Positions 25,680 through 33,900 of a DNA stretch of 46,329 bases are shown here, one piece after another. Each line of letters begins with the position of its first letter. Position 1 is the stretch's first letter. Position numbers and translations under genes: made by a program. Origin of the DNA: an uncultured Candidatus Bathyarchaeia archaeon (GTDB lineage: Archaea > Thermoproteota > Bathyarchaeia > Bathyarchaeales > Bathyarchaeaceae); contig CAZUFG010000002.1 of assembly GCA_964618655.1 (NCBI GenBank), forward strand, positions 1 to 46,329. The letters run 5' to 3'. The notes beneath the pieces are model-generated. The model searched no databases. It had not been told where the DNA came from and worked only from the letters and a program-made list of their open reading frames with translations.

Positions 25680-25696
25680 CAGAGGAGGTTTAAGTC

Positions 25697-26461
25697 GTGA
25701 AAGTTAAGAGATTAACGTTGGAAGACCTGAAGAAAGCCTATCCGTGCATGCACAACTTGCCGCCCCAGTTTGCTTTTTGGGAAGCATTCGTTCCTGAGTC
25801 TCAGCAGTGGTTGAGAGCTAACCTGGACAAGCATGTGGAGGGTTACCATCTGTTTGACGGAGAAAATGTTGTCGGTCACATTTATTATGCGCCCTCTGAA
25901 AAGATTCTTGCGCCCTTTAAAACTGAACCCCACGTGGCTTTCATCTATTGTGTCTACTTAGCGGAGAGGTATAAGGGAAAGGGTCATGGAAAAGAAATGT
26001 TCGACGCCTTTAAAGAAGAAATGCGGAAGCAAGGTTTTAAGGGGATTCTAGTCAATGCCACGGACTTCCCCGAATACATGCACCAATCTCACTTTGAGAA
26101 GCAGGGCTTCAAAGTCATTCTGGAATACAGCCCAACCATGAGACTCATGTACTTCCCCATCACGAAGAAAACGATCGAGGTTAAGCCGATGGAACTGAAG
26201 TACAAACCCACAACTAAGAAAGTTGAGGTCACATTGTTCAAGAACTTCTTTTGCCCAGTCGGTGTGGCTATGCACTACAAGGTTATGGAAGTGGCAAAAA
26301 CTTTCGGAGACAAAGTGAAAATCGTGGAGATAGAGGCAACAAAAGAGGCGATGGAAAAGTATGGTGCAGCAGACGGAATTCTGGTTAATGGCAAAATAAA
26401 AATGATGGGTCCAGTTTCTGAAGAAGAGATACGAAAAGCCATTCAAGAAGAGATAAAATAA
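25697..26461 (+). CDS. GNAT N-acetyltransferase fused to a thioredoxin-fold (Thioredoxin_3-like) domain lacking CxxC
   Basis: The N-terminal half has YLAERYKGKGHGKEMFDAFKEEMRKQGFKGILV, a GNAT acetyl-CoA motif. The C-terminal 80 aa (KVEVTLFKNFFCPVGV...KIVEIEATKEAMEKYG...LVNGKIKMMGPVSEEEIRKAI) has a thioredoxin-like beta-alpha pattern with a single Cys. Confidence 0.65.
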   Translation: MKVKRLTLEDLKKAYPCMHNLPPQFAFWEAFVPESQQWLRANLDKHVEGYHLFDGENVVGHIYYAPSEKILAPFKTEPHVAFIYCVYLAERYKGKGHGKEMFDAFKEEMRKQGFKGILVNATDFPEYMHQSHFEKQGFKVILEYSPTMRLMYFPITKKTIEVKPMELKYKPTTKKVEVTLFKNFFCPVGVAMHYKVMEVAKTFGDKVKIVEIEATKEAMEKYGAADGILVNGKIKMMGPVSEEEIRKAIQEEIK

Positions 26462-26489
26462 CCGCAGTTCAACAACAGGCATAAGCACA

Positions 26490-26903
26490 ATGAATAACCT
26501 ACTGAAATATTGGTTTCCTTTGATAGCGGTCTTGACTCTAATCTTCATCGGTTCTTCTTTGCCTGGTCAGATATTAGCGCAAGAGCCTCTTTTGCCCACG
26601 CTACCGAGCACGTTAGAGCATATGGCTGAGTTTTTCATTCTGGGCGTGTTTATGTATCGGGCATTAAAGGCAACAAAGGTTGGCAGATTTAGCCTAGAAT
26701 TGGCGGTTCTTTTAGGAAGCTTTTACGGCTTCACTGATGAGTTTCATCAACTTTTCGTTCCAGGACGAGTGTGTAGCCCACTTGACCTTGTTTTCGATAT
26801 TATTGGTTGCGTCATCGGTGTATTACTCATGCGATTAGTTGTTTCTGTAAGGAGGATAAAGCAGACGGACAAAGATTTTACCCATAGTGCGATACGTTTA
26901 TGA
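26490..26903 (+). CDS. VanZ-like membrane protein
   Basis: 137 aa with four TM segments. FTDEFHQLFVPGRVCSPLDLVFDIIGCVIG is the VanZ signature. Confidence 0.8.
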   Translation: MNNLLKYWFPLIAVLTLIFIGSSLPGQILAQEPLLPTLPSTLEHMAEFFILGVFMYRALKATKVGRFSLELAVLLGSFYGFTDEFHQLFVPGRVCSPLDLVFDIIGCVIGVLLMRLVVSVRRIKQTDKDFTHSAIRL

Positions 26904-27913
26904 GCAAACTAATCCTAGTGTCTCTTTCCAACTCTGGTGGAAACGACGTGTCTAAGGCTCCTATAATTCAAACACAGGATCTCACCAAGAAATTCGGAAA
27001 ACTGACTGCAGTTGACCACCTAAACCTCACTATAGAAGAGGGCGAAATCTTCGGCTTACTTGGACCAAACGGTGCAGGCAAAACAACGACCATACTGATG
27101 CTCACGACCGTAATCCGACCAACCGAAGGAACAGCCACAGTAGACGGATTCGACATCAAAAAATCACCCCATAAAGCCCGTGAACTGATTGGTGTCTGCT
27201 TCCAAGAACCTAAGCTTCTCTGGATTAGCACCGCATGGGACGTTCTTAACTGGCATGCCAAGGTCTGTGGGCTTTCCACTCAAGAACGCAAGAGAAGAGT
27301 CAAGTGGGTACTGGAAGAATTGAACATGTGGGATGACCGTCGCAAGAGCGTTCACGCCCTCTCTGGAGGGATGAAGAAACGTGTAGAAATCGGAAAAATC
27401 CTCATCCAGAGGCCAAAGATAGCCATTGTAGACGAACCTACCGCCCAGATCGATGTGGTTGGAAAACACAGAATCTGGAATATGCTCCGTGACTTGAGGG
27501 AGGAGGGGTCAACGATAATTTTGGCGACGAACGAGCTTCAAGAAGCGGACATCCTTTCGGAGAGAGTTGCCATAATGCATAAGGGCAAGCTGCTCGTGTG
27601 CAACACGCCTAAGAAGCTGAAGGACAGCATACCAGGCGGCGACGTCATGGAAGTTCAGCTGGAAGAAGAGGCTCCAGACAGGGTTTTTACTGAACTGCAA
27701 GCTTTCAAGGAAGTTGTCAACGTCAAAAAAATAGGTTCCACCCAACTGCTGCTGTACCTAAACCAAGTTGAGGCTGTGATGCCAAAAATAATGAAACTAT
27801 TCTATGACCGTAGCCTGCGAATATCTTCCATACACATGAGTGAGCCCTCCTTAGATGATGTGTTTGCGCACTTTACTGGCTTGACTCTGGAAGAGGCACA
27901 AAAAGGGTATTAG
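26900..27913 (+). CDS. ABC transporter ATP-binding protein (ABC-2/DrrA-like exporter)
   Basis: Walker A is GPNGAGKTT, the signature is LSGGMKKRV and Walker B is IAIVDEPTAQID. ATGA overlap with the VanZ gene. Confidence 0.92.
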   Translation: MSKLILVSLSNSGGNDVSKAPIIQTQDLTKKFGKLTAVDHLNLTIEEGEIFGLLGPNGAGKTTTILMLTTVIRPTEGTATVDGFDIKKSPHKARELIGVCFQEPKLLWISTAWDVLNWHAKVCGLSTQERKRRVKWVLEELNMWDDRRKSVHALSGGMKKRVEIGKILIQRPKIAIVDEPTAQIDVVGKHRIWNMLRDLREEGSTIILATNELQEADILSERVAIMHKGKLLVCNTPKKLKDSIPGGDVMEVQLEEEAPDRVFTELQAFKEVVNVKKIGSTQLLLYLNQVEAVMPKIMKLFYDRSLRISSIHMSEPSLDDVFAHFTGLTLEEAQKGY

Positions 27914-27918
27914 AGGCT

Positions 27919-28713
27919 GTGGCGGTGGGCTTAAGAAGACTCTGGTTTGTGATTGAACGCGACCTGCGCATGTTCATTCAGTATAAGTTTCTGTTGATCA
28001 TGCGTGCGATATGGTTTGTTGCGCAAGTAGCCTTGTTTGGGCTTATTGTTAACAAGATGGTTCAAGACGCTGCTACAGAGGTGGGTATAAGCTACTTTAA
28101 TTATTATGTGGCTGGAGTAACCATAATAACATTGTATTCCACAGCCATGTTCATTGGGTACGACATTTTTGAGGAAGCTGAACACGGCGTGTTTGAATAT
28201 TTGCTAACGCTTCCCGTGAGCCGAAGAGAACTTGTGTTGGGGCGGTCGATAGGCGGAGGGCTGCGCAGTTTCATCTATGTTGGACCTTTGCTTGTGGTTT
28301 CCTTGTTTATTTTGGGCGTTTCAAATCCGATTTATTTGCTTGTTGCGGTTGCTTCTCTGTTCTTGTTCGCTTTTGGTGTTTCAGGTATGAGCATCACGTT
28401 AGCCGTGGCTATGAAGTCTGGCGACAAGTTCGACATAGTTACAGGTGTGTTGGACGCCTTAATTGTGCGGTTGAGCACCACGATGTATCCTGTGCTTTAC
28501 TTGCAGCGGGCTATGCCTGCCTACGCTTCAATCGCTAATTTTAATCCGCTCACTTATGCCTCTGACTTGTTCCGCTGGGGTACTGGAGTTGAGGGGGTTC
28601 TTCAATTCAGTCCGTTAGTTGGTGTTCTTGGGCTTTTCGTGTTCTTTTTTGCCTTCACCTTTGTTGGTGTGGTTTTCTACGAGAGAAGGCTTGAAGGAGG
28701 TAGCTGGGAGTGA
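27919..28713 (+). CDS. ABC-2 type transporter permease
   Basis: 264 aa with six TM segments. It directly follows the ATPase gene. Confidence 0.8.
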   Translation: MAVGLRRLWFVIERDLRMFIQYKFLLIMRAIWFVAQVALFGLIVNKMVQDAATEVGISYFNYYVAGVTIITLYSTAMFIGYDIFEEAEHGVFEYLLTLPVSRRELVLGRSIGGGLRSFIYVGPLLVVSLFILGVSNPIYLLVAVASLFLFAFGVSGMSITLAVAMKSGDKFDIVTGVLDALIVRLSTTMYPVLYLQRAMPAYASIANFNPLTYASDLFRWGTGVEGVLQFSPLVGVLGLFVFFFAFTFVGVVFYERRLEGGSWE

Positions 28714-29474
28714 AAGCTATTTTGCACGTCATCGAGTACGATTTTAGGAATTTCTTTCGTTTCAGATGGTTTGTTATCGGGCTCATCGCTATGAATTTGG
28801 CTGACCTTTTCATTAGCGCCGTGGTTTTTACTCAGATGACGAGTGTCGTGGATTATTTTCGGTTCTTTGCTCCGGGTTTGGCGGTTGTTGGGCTTTTTGC
28901 GTCGGCGTTCATGATTGGCAGAGAAATCAACATGGAGGTGCGTCGAGAGATTCATCATTACATGCTTAGTTTGCCCATGACTCGGACTGAGTTGGCTGTT
29001 GGGCGGGTTTTGGCTGGCGGGTTGAGGGGCATGCTTTACATGACGCCTTTGTTGATAACTAACTTCGTCGTGCTTCGTTTTCCTTCTCTGCCTCAACTTT
29101 TGCTGATACTTTTGACGCTGTTGTTGTTAGCCATTGGGATTTCTGGGGTCAGCATTTCGATCGCGGTTTCGACCACGAGTTTTGAGAAGTTTGTGACTGC
29201 TAGGGGCGTCGTGTACTATATGCTGTTCTTCTGTAGTTCGGTCTTCTACCCGTTGTCGGTCATACAAGTACTCAATACAAAGGGGCTGGGACCGTTGGTC
29301 ACTTTTGCGCAGGTCAACCCCCTGACCAACGGTTCGGACCTGATTCGTTCCTTCCTGCTTGATTCGCCTGAGTACGTTTTTTCACCGTTGATGTTGTTGA
29401 ACGTAGCCATCTTCTGTGGGATATTCGCCCTTCTCGCAACCCTTGCATACGCGAAGATTCTTGAGAGGCAATAG
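28710..29474 (+). CDS. ABC-2 type transporter permease (second subunit)
   Basis: 254 aa with six TM segments. It looks paralogous to the preceding permease (LPMTRTELAVGRVLAGGLRG versus LPVSRRELVLGRSIGGGLRS). GTGA overlap. Confidence 0.8.
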   Translation: MKAILHVIEYDFRNFFRFRWFVIGLIAMNLADLFISAVVFTQMTSVVDYFRFFAPGLAVVGLFASAFMIGREINMEVRREIHHYMLSLPMTRTELAVGRVLAGGLRGMLYMTPLLITNFVVLRFPSLPQLLLILLTLLLLAIGISGVSISIAVSTTSFEKFVTARGVVYYMLFFCSSVFYPLSVIQVLNTKGLGPLVTFAQVNPLTNGSDLIRSFLLDSPEYVFSPLMLLNVAIFCGIFALLATLAYAKILERQ

Positions 29475-29658
29475 AGCGTAGGGAACGTTTGTTAACGAGA
29501 CAGGTTCCTGAAGCATAAGCACCGTTCCAATGTTAACTTCCACAAAGTCTCTTTTTTCCTATTTCCTTCACAACTTCCTTATTTTCTAAAAATCTCCAAG
29601 AATCTTCCTTATTCAGCGAATGGAAATAGAGCAAAAATCTAGATTTATTCTTACAGAA

Positions 29659-29671
29659 ATTATTATATAAG
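29659..29671 (+). promoter_or_regulatory. TATA-like box for the AT-rich module (probably a leaderless transcript)
   Basis: ATTATTATATAAG is centred about 23 nt upstream of the ATG at 29688. Confidence 0.45.
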
Positions 29672-29687
29672 CAGCACCTATTTACTA

Positions 29688-30005
29688 ATGAACCGAACTA
29701 CTATGAAGAAAGCGGAGCGGTCACGTCTAGAAAGTCAAATTCAAATTTCTCTAGAAGAATTGCGAATCAAATTATGTTTTAAAGAAGAAGTTGAAGAAAA
29801 TAACCTGTTTTTAGCAGCGGGTCTTACTTATTTCTTTGGAGTGCTTTTTGCATGTTTGACCGAAGTAGTTGAGAGATATTTTGGTGTAGTTTTGATTTTG
29901 ACCGCAATAATGATAGTTTGGTATTTGAGAGACAAAAGAAAAGAGATACGAAGAAAATTTGAGAAAGAAATAGAATCGCTATCAAAAGGAGAGCGGAAAA
30001 TCTAA
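29688..30005 (+). CDS. Small membrane protein (charged N-terminal segment, two TM helices, basic tail)
   Basis: 105 aa. The hydrophobic stretches are LFLAAGLTYFFGVLFACL and FGVVLILTAIMIVWYL. It lies in the AT-rich region. No family recognised. Confidence 0.55.
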   Translation: MNRTTMKKAERSRLESQIQISLEELRIKLCFKEEVEENNLFLAAGLTYFFGVLFACLTEVVERYFGVVLILTAIMIVWYLRDKRKEIRRKFEKEIESLSKGERKI

Positions 30006-30037
30006 ATTTACGTTAGTGCAACATTATTTGGATTCGT

Positions 30038-30145
30038 ATGCTCACGTGGGAAATTCAAGTAACATGGGTTCTCATCTCAGTCTTCATTGCAATTTTCCTA
30101 ATTGCTGAAAGAATCCGAAGACGAAAGTTACAACAATCTGCCTAA
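30038..30145 (+). CDS. Possible 35-aa single-TM micro-protein
   Basis: Not in the track. Sequence is MLTWEIQVTWVLISVFIAIFLIAERIRRRKLQQSA, a TM helix followed by a basic anchor. Coding status unproven. Confidence 0.3.
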   Translation: MLTWEIQVTWVLISVFIAIFLIAERIRRRKLQQSA

Positions 30146-30276
30146 TAATAACGAACTTAAAGCCTTAATATCCTTTAGAGGTGAACAGAAATAGAACCAG
30201 AAGTTCACATAATTGAGAAGTTTTTCAAGAACGATAGGTTTTTGTGGAGACTACGACTAATAACCATTGATTCAAA

Positions 30277-31140
30277 ATGTCCTACTATCATGTTATTGTA
30301 AGTTTAAAAAGCAGACCTCATAGAGGTGCTATTGAAGAAAATCTTCTCGAACAAGATTTAATGAATATAATAGTCAAGCCTTATAACAAAGGTGAGCCAT
30401 TCAAATGCGGTGATACTGTAGTAAATCGAGACGACATATCATACATAAAGATAACCGAAAGTGAGCGAATTCTTGGTCGTGACCATGTGTTCGTGTCACC
30501 TCAAAATGCCTTTGCAAATCTTTGGCATGCAATAAGTCAACAAGAAGATGTTACGGATAAATTCCTTAAAACGATTTCGCACAGAAAAAAAGAAACTGTA
30601 AAGGAAATTACACCTTTTTCAAAAAACAAAGTGTTTATTGTTCATGGCAGAGACCACGAACCAATGAAGGAACTAAAAGAGATGCTTTATGATTTTGGTC
30701 TCAAACCTATAGTTCTTCATGAGCAACCGAGTGGAAGCAGAACAATAGTTGAGAAACTTGAAAAATACTCTGATGTTGGCTATGCCTTTGTAATTCTAAC
30801 TCCAGATGATGTAGGATGCTTAAGAGACGAATTTAGGATAAACACAATGAAGTTCCTTGCAATTTGTGAAGATTCGAGAAAAGTGAAACAAGCCATAAAT
30901 AGTTTTAAAGAGATCGTAAAGACACCAAAACAAAGAGCACGCCAAAACGTTGTTTTGGAATTTGGCTATTTCATGGGATTGCTTGGTCGTGACCGAGTGT
31001 GTTGTTTACTAAAGGGAGACGTCGAAAAACCTTCTGACATGCATGGAATAGTGTACATACCTTTCAATGACTCAGTTGAAGAAGTTCGAGTCAAAGTAAT
31101 GAAGGAACTTATGGAGGCTGGCTACGAAATCAAAATGTGA
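30277..31140 (+). CDS. TIR-like domain protein (COG4271 / PF10137 Cap12-PycTIR-type) with an unknown 115-aa N-terminal domain
   Basis: The C-terminal domain has KVFIVHGRDHEPMKELKEMLYDFGLKPIVLHEQPSGSRTIVEKLE...YAFVILTPDDVG...ARQNVVLEFGYFMGLLGRDRVCCLLKGDVEKPSDMHGIVYIPF. This matches the remembered family consensus (VFIVHG, TPDD, RQNVxxElGYF with the catalytic Glu, PSDxxG). Confidence 0.75.
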   Translation: MSYYHVIVSLKSRPHRGAIEENLLEQDLMNIIVKPYNKGEPFKCGDTVVNRDDISYIKITESERILGRDHVFVSPQNAFANLWHAISQQEDVTDKFLKTISHRKKETVKEITPFSKNKVFIVHGRDHEPMKELKEMLYDFGLKPIVLHEQPSGSRTIVEKLEKYSDVGYAFVILTPDDVGCLRDEFRINTMKFLAICEDSRKVKQAINSFKEIVKTPKQRARQNVVLEFGYFMGLLGRDRVCCLLKGDVEKPSDMHGIVYIPFNDSVEEVRVKVMKELMEAGYEIKM

Positions 31141-31183
31141 GAAATGCAAAAGAGTTATAGCAGAACCTTTTTACCTCACAACC

Positions 31184-31879
31184 TTAGCGATGAACTACTT
31201 CCTTTTTGATGACTTTACAGAAAATGCTGGATTCGTCCACTTCTATGATCGCCGCGTTCAACCCGAATTCATCGAACAACTCAACGAATTGGTCACCGCT
31301 GACAGTAGTAGCTCTAAAACCATCCTTGCACACGATTGTTCCATCACGCGTCTCCTCATCATCTATTTCTCCTATAAGACCAAACCGTGATTGTTTTCTA
31401 AACCATCCTAGACGCGCTTCCCATATTCTCGGAGAATAGCTCGAAAAGAGAATAGTCCCATCGTCTTTTGTCACCCTTATGGATTCGGCGATGAGACGTT
31501 TCTTGTCGACCCCAAACGCGGATATGCCGTTTTGAATACAAAATACCGCATCAAAAGTACGTGAACGAAATGACATCTGAGACGCATCCATCAGAAACAC
31601 CGTATAGTTTTGACAACTGTCCATGTATGACCTCGCAAGTTCTAAACTTTCCTTTGAAATGTCATTTCCAACAATCCAAGAAACAAACTCTGACACCGCT
31701 TTCATAACTCTACCATAACCACATCCAAGTTCGAGAACCAAACCTGTACCACGAAGATTGGAAATGACGAATTGGATTTCTGCGTCAAGATATTGTTTGA
31801 TTCTCGTAGGAGCTATCTCATAACATCTAAAGAGCTTATCAGCTGAAAGCTTCTCTCTGTAATAAGTGCCTTTGTGCAT
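31184..31879 (-). CDS. Class I SAM-dependent methyltransferase
   Basis: Motif I is VLELGCGYGR, followed by DAVFCIQNG. 231 aa. It converges on the TIR-like gene. Confidence 0.85.
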   Translation of the reverse strand: MHKGTYYREKLSADKLFRCYEIAPTRIKQYLDAEIQFVISNLRGTGLVLELGCGYGRVMKAVSEFVSWIVGNDISKESLELARSYMDSCQNYTVFLMDASQMSFRSRTFDAVFCIQNGISAFGVDKKRLIAESIRVTKDDGTILFSSYSPRIWEARLGWFRKQSRFGLIGEIDDEETRDGTIVCKDGFRATTVSGDQFVELFDEFGLNAAIIEVDESSIFCKVIKKEVVHR

Positions 31880-32293
31880 AGAACCTTTTAAGAAAAATTC
31901 AAGATTTAAATTCGTCGAGTGTCTTGCCTTCCAAAACAGGCTACTCTCAAAAATTTTTCTTCTCGTCTTTCACGTTTTTGCAGAGATAAGATATATAAAA
32001 GAGGCAACACATTAAACCTTCCCTTTCTCTCTTTGGTTTGCATCTTGTTATGGCGCAACCTGAAGGTGAAAAATAAAAATTCCAGAGAATGAAGGCTAAG
32101 TAAATGTGTAAGATTAGAAGTGGAGAAAGAACTTGTCGGAAATGTCCAGCAAGAATATATTGCACAGATAAGAAAACTAGGAGAAGATAATCAAACCCTC
32201 TCAAGTGTTTAATCTGGATAATCCATCCAGACAAATCCCTAAATCAACATACCCTAAACAGTTTTTGTAAATAACAGTTTCTGCAGAGATAGG

Positions 32294-32304
32294 TTTATAT
32301 AAAA
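32294..32304 (+). promoter_or_regulatory. TATA box of the uS13 operon promoter
   Basis: TTTATATAAAA lies about 50 nt upstream of the ATG at 32353, preceded by a purine-rich BRE-like GAGATAGG. Confidence 0.5.
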
Positions 32305-32352
32305 TCCCCCTCACTCACGTAGATAGCCTAAAACAATAACGGACGACCAAAA

Positions 32353-32820
32353 ATGTCAAAAGAATTCAGGCACATCACACGAATCGCCGAAAAAGACCTA
32401 GACGGCACTTTAAAAGTAGAATACGCCCTAAGCAAAATAAAGGGTATAGGAATCGGACTTGCCTCCGTCATTCTGAAAAAAACAGGCATCAACCCCGAAA
32501 CACGCTTGGGCTTCTTATCCGAAGCCGAAATCAAAATGCTAGAAGAAATCGTAAAATCACCCACAAAATACGGCATCCCAAGTTGGCTCCTAAACCGACC
32601 AAAAGACAGCGAAACAGGAAAGGATACACATCTCGTCAGCTCAGAACTAGTTCTCCGAACAAAACTTGACATTGACCAAATGAAAAAAATCAAATCCTGG
32701 CGAGGATTCCGCCACGCCCACGGACTGAAAGTGCGAGGACAACGAACCCGAACAACAGGCAGAAGCGGAAAAGCCATAGGTGTTAAGAAAAAGGAATTCG
32801 TGCGCAAACCCGGAGAATAG
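32353..32820 (+). CDS. rps13: 30S ribosomal protein uS13
   Basis: FRHITRIAEKDLDGT...IKGIGIGLA is the S13 N-terminus. It is first in the conserved S13-S4-S11-RpoD order. Confidence 0.94.
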   Translation: MSKEFRHITRIAEKDLDGTLKVEYALSKIKGIGIGLASVILKKTGINPETRLGFLSEAEIKMLEEIVKSPTKYGIPSWLLNRPKDSETGKDTHLVSSELVLRTKLDIDQMKKIKSWRGFRHAHGLKVRGQRTRTTGRSGKAIGVKKKEFVRKPGE

Positions 32821-32825
32821 GCTAA

Positions 32826-33416
32826 ATGGGCGACCCAAAAAAACAGCGAAGAAAATATGAAACACCAAAAAAGGCTTGGCAGACTGATGTCTTACAGATG
32901 GAACTCAAGTTCCTTGGCCAATACGGGTTGCGAAACAAAAGAGAACTTTGGCGCCACAGGACCATGTTATCCAAGTTCCGAGGCATTGCTAGGTCAATTC
33001 TGGGCATGCCCGCCGAGGAAAGAAGGGAGCTGGAAAACCAGCTTCTTGGTAGGCTAAACCGCCTCGGAATTCTGCCGGAAACTGCCGCATTAGATGATGT
33101 TTTAGACCTCTCTTTAGAGGATATTCTTGAGCGGAGGCTTCAAACCCTTGTGTTTCGAAAGGGACTAACCAAATCCATATACCAAGCCCGCCAACTCATC
33201 ACGCACGGGCACGTTGCCATCGAGGAGCATCGGGTTTCATCTCCAAGCTATCTGGTTCTAAAGGATGAAGAAGAGAAGATAACATATGCACCAACCAGCC
33301 CCATATCTAACCCTGGTCACCCGCTACGAGAATCCGTGGTCGTTGCAACCGAGCCAAAACCCATGGTTAAGACAAGGGCTAGAGAAGAAACCAGAAGGGG
33401 AAGGGGAAGGCGATGA
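32826..33416 (+). CDS. rps4: 30S ribosomal protein uS4
   Basis: [18 protein letters not shown] and the S4 RNA-binding domain [26 protein letters not shown]. Confidence 0.94.
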   Translation: MGDPKKQRRKYETPKKAWQTDVLQMELKFLGQYGLRNKRELWRHRTMLSKFRGIARSILGMPAEERRELENQLLGRLNRLGILPETAALDDVLDLSLEDILERRLQTLVFRKGLTKSIYQARQLITHGHVAIEEHRVSSPSYLVLKDEEEKITYAPTSPISNPGHPLRESVVVATEPKPMVKTRAREETRRGRGRR

Positions 33417-33808
33417 GCAAAAAATCTGAAAGATGGGCTGTTATTCATGTTTACAGCTCCTACAACAACACCCTAATACACGCCACGGACATATCAGGCG
33501 CTGAAACAATCGCCAAGGCTTCAGGCGGCATGTTCGTCAAGGCAGACCGCCTAGAATCTTCGCCATACGCTGCCATGCGAGCCGCAAGTTATGTTGCAAC
33601 CATGGCCAGAGACAAGGGAATAACCGCCATACACATCAAAGTTCGAGCACCAGGAGGATCCAACGCCAGAACGCCAGGTCCAGGTGCACAAGCGGCAATA
33701 CGAGCATTGGCGAGGGCTGGATTTCGCATCGGTCGAATTGAAGAAGTAACGCCAGTTCCACATGACGGAACGAGACGGAAAGGCGGACGCCGAGGACGTA
33801 GAGTCTAG
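33413..33808 (+). CDS. rps11: 30S ribosomal protein uS11
   Basis: [19 protein letters not shown]...[16 protein letters not shown] is the S11 pattern. ATGA overlap. Confidence 0.94.
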   Translation: MSKKSERWAVIHVYSSYNNTLIHATDISGAETIAKASGGMFVKADRLESSPYAAMRAASYVATMARDKGITAIHIKVRAPGGSNARTPGPGAQAAIRALARAGFRIGRIEEVTPVPHDGTRRKGGRRGRRV

Positions 33809-33900
33809 CCTTTTCTCAATTTTGTGAGAGAAAAATTGAAATAATGCCTTCTTCTCCTTATGGAGAAGCCCACATGTTTAGGGGCGTCGTTTAAAGGGAC

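Noticed and set aside
31947-32234. 95-aa minus-strand ORF in the AT-rich spacer before rps13
   Set aside because: It has no start context or motifs and lies in very AT-rich sequence where long ORFs arise by chance. It overlaps the promoter-like repeats. Left unannotated.
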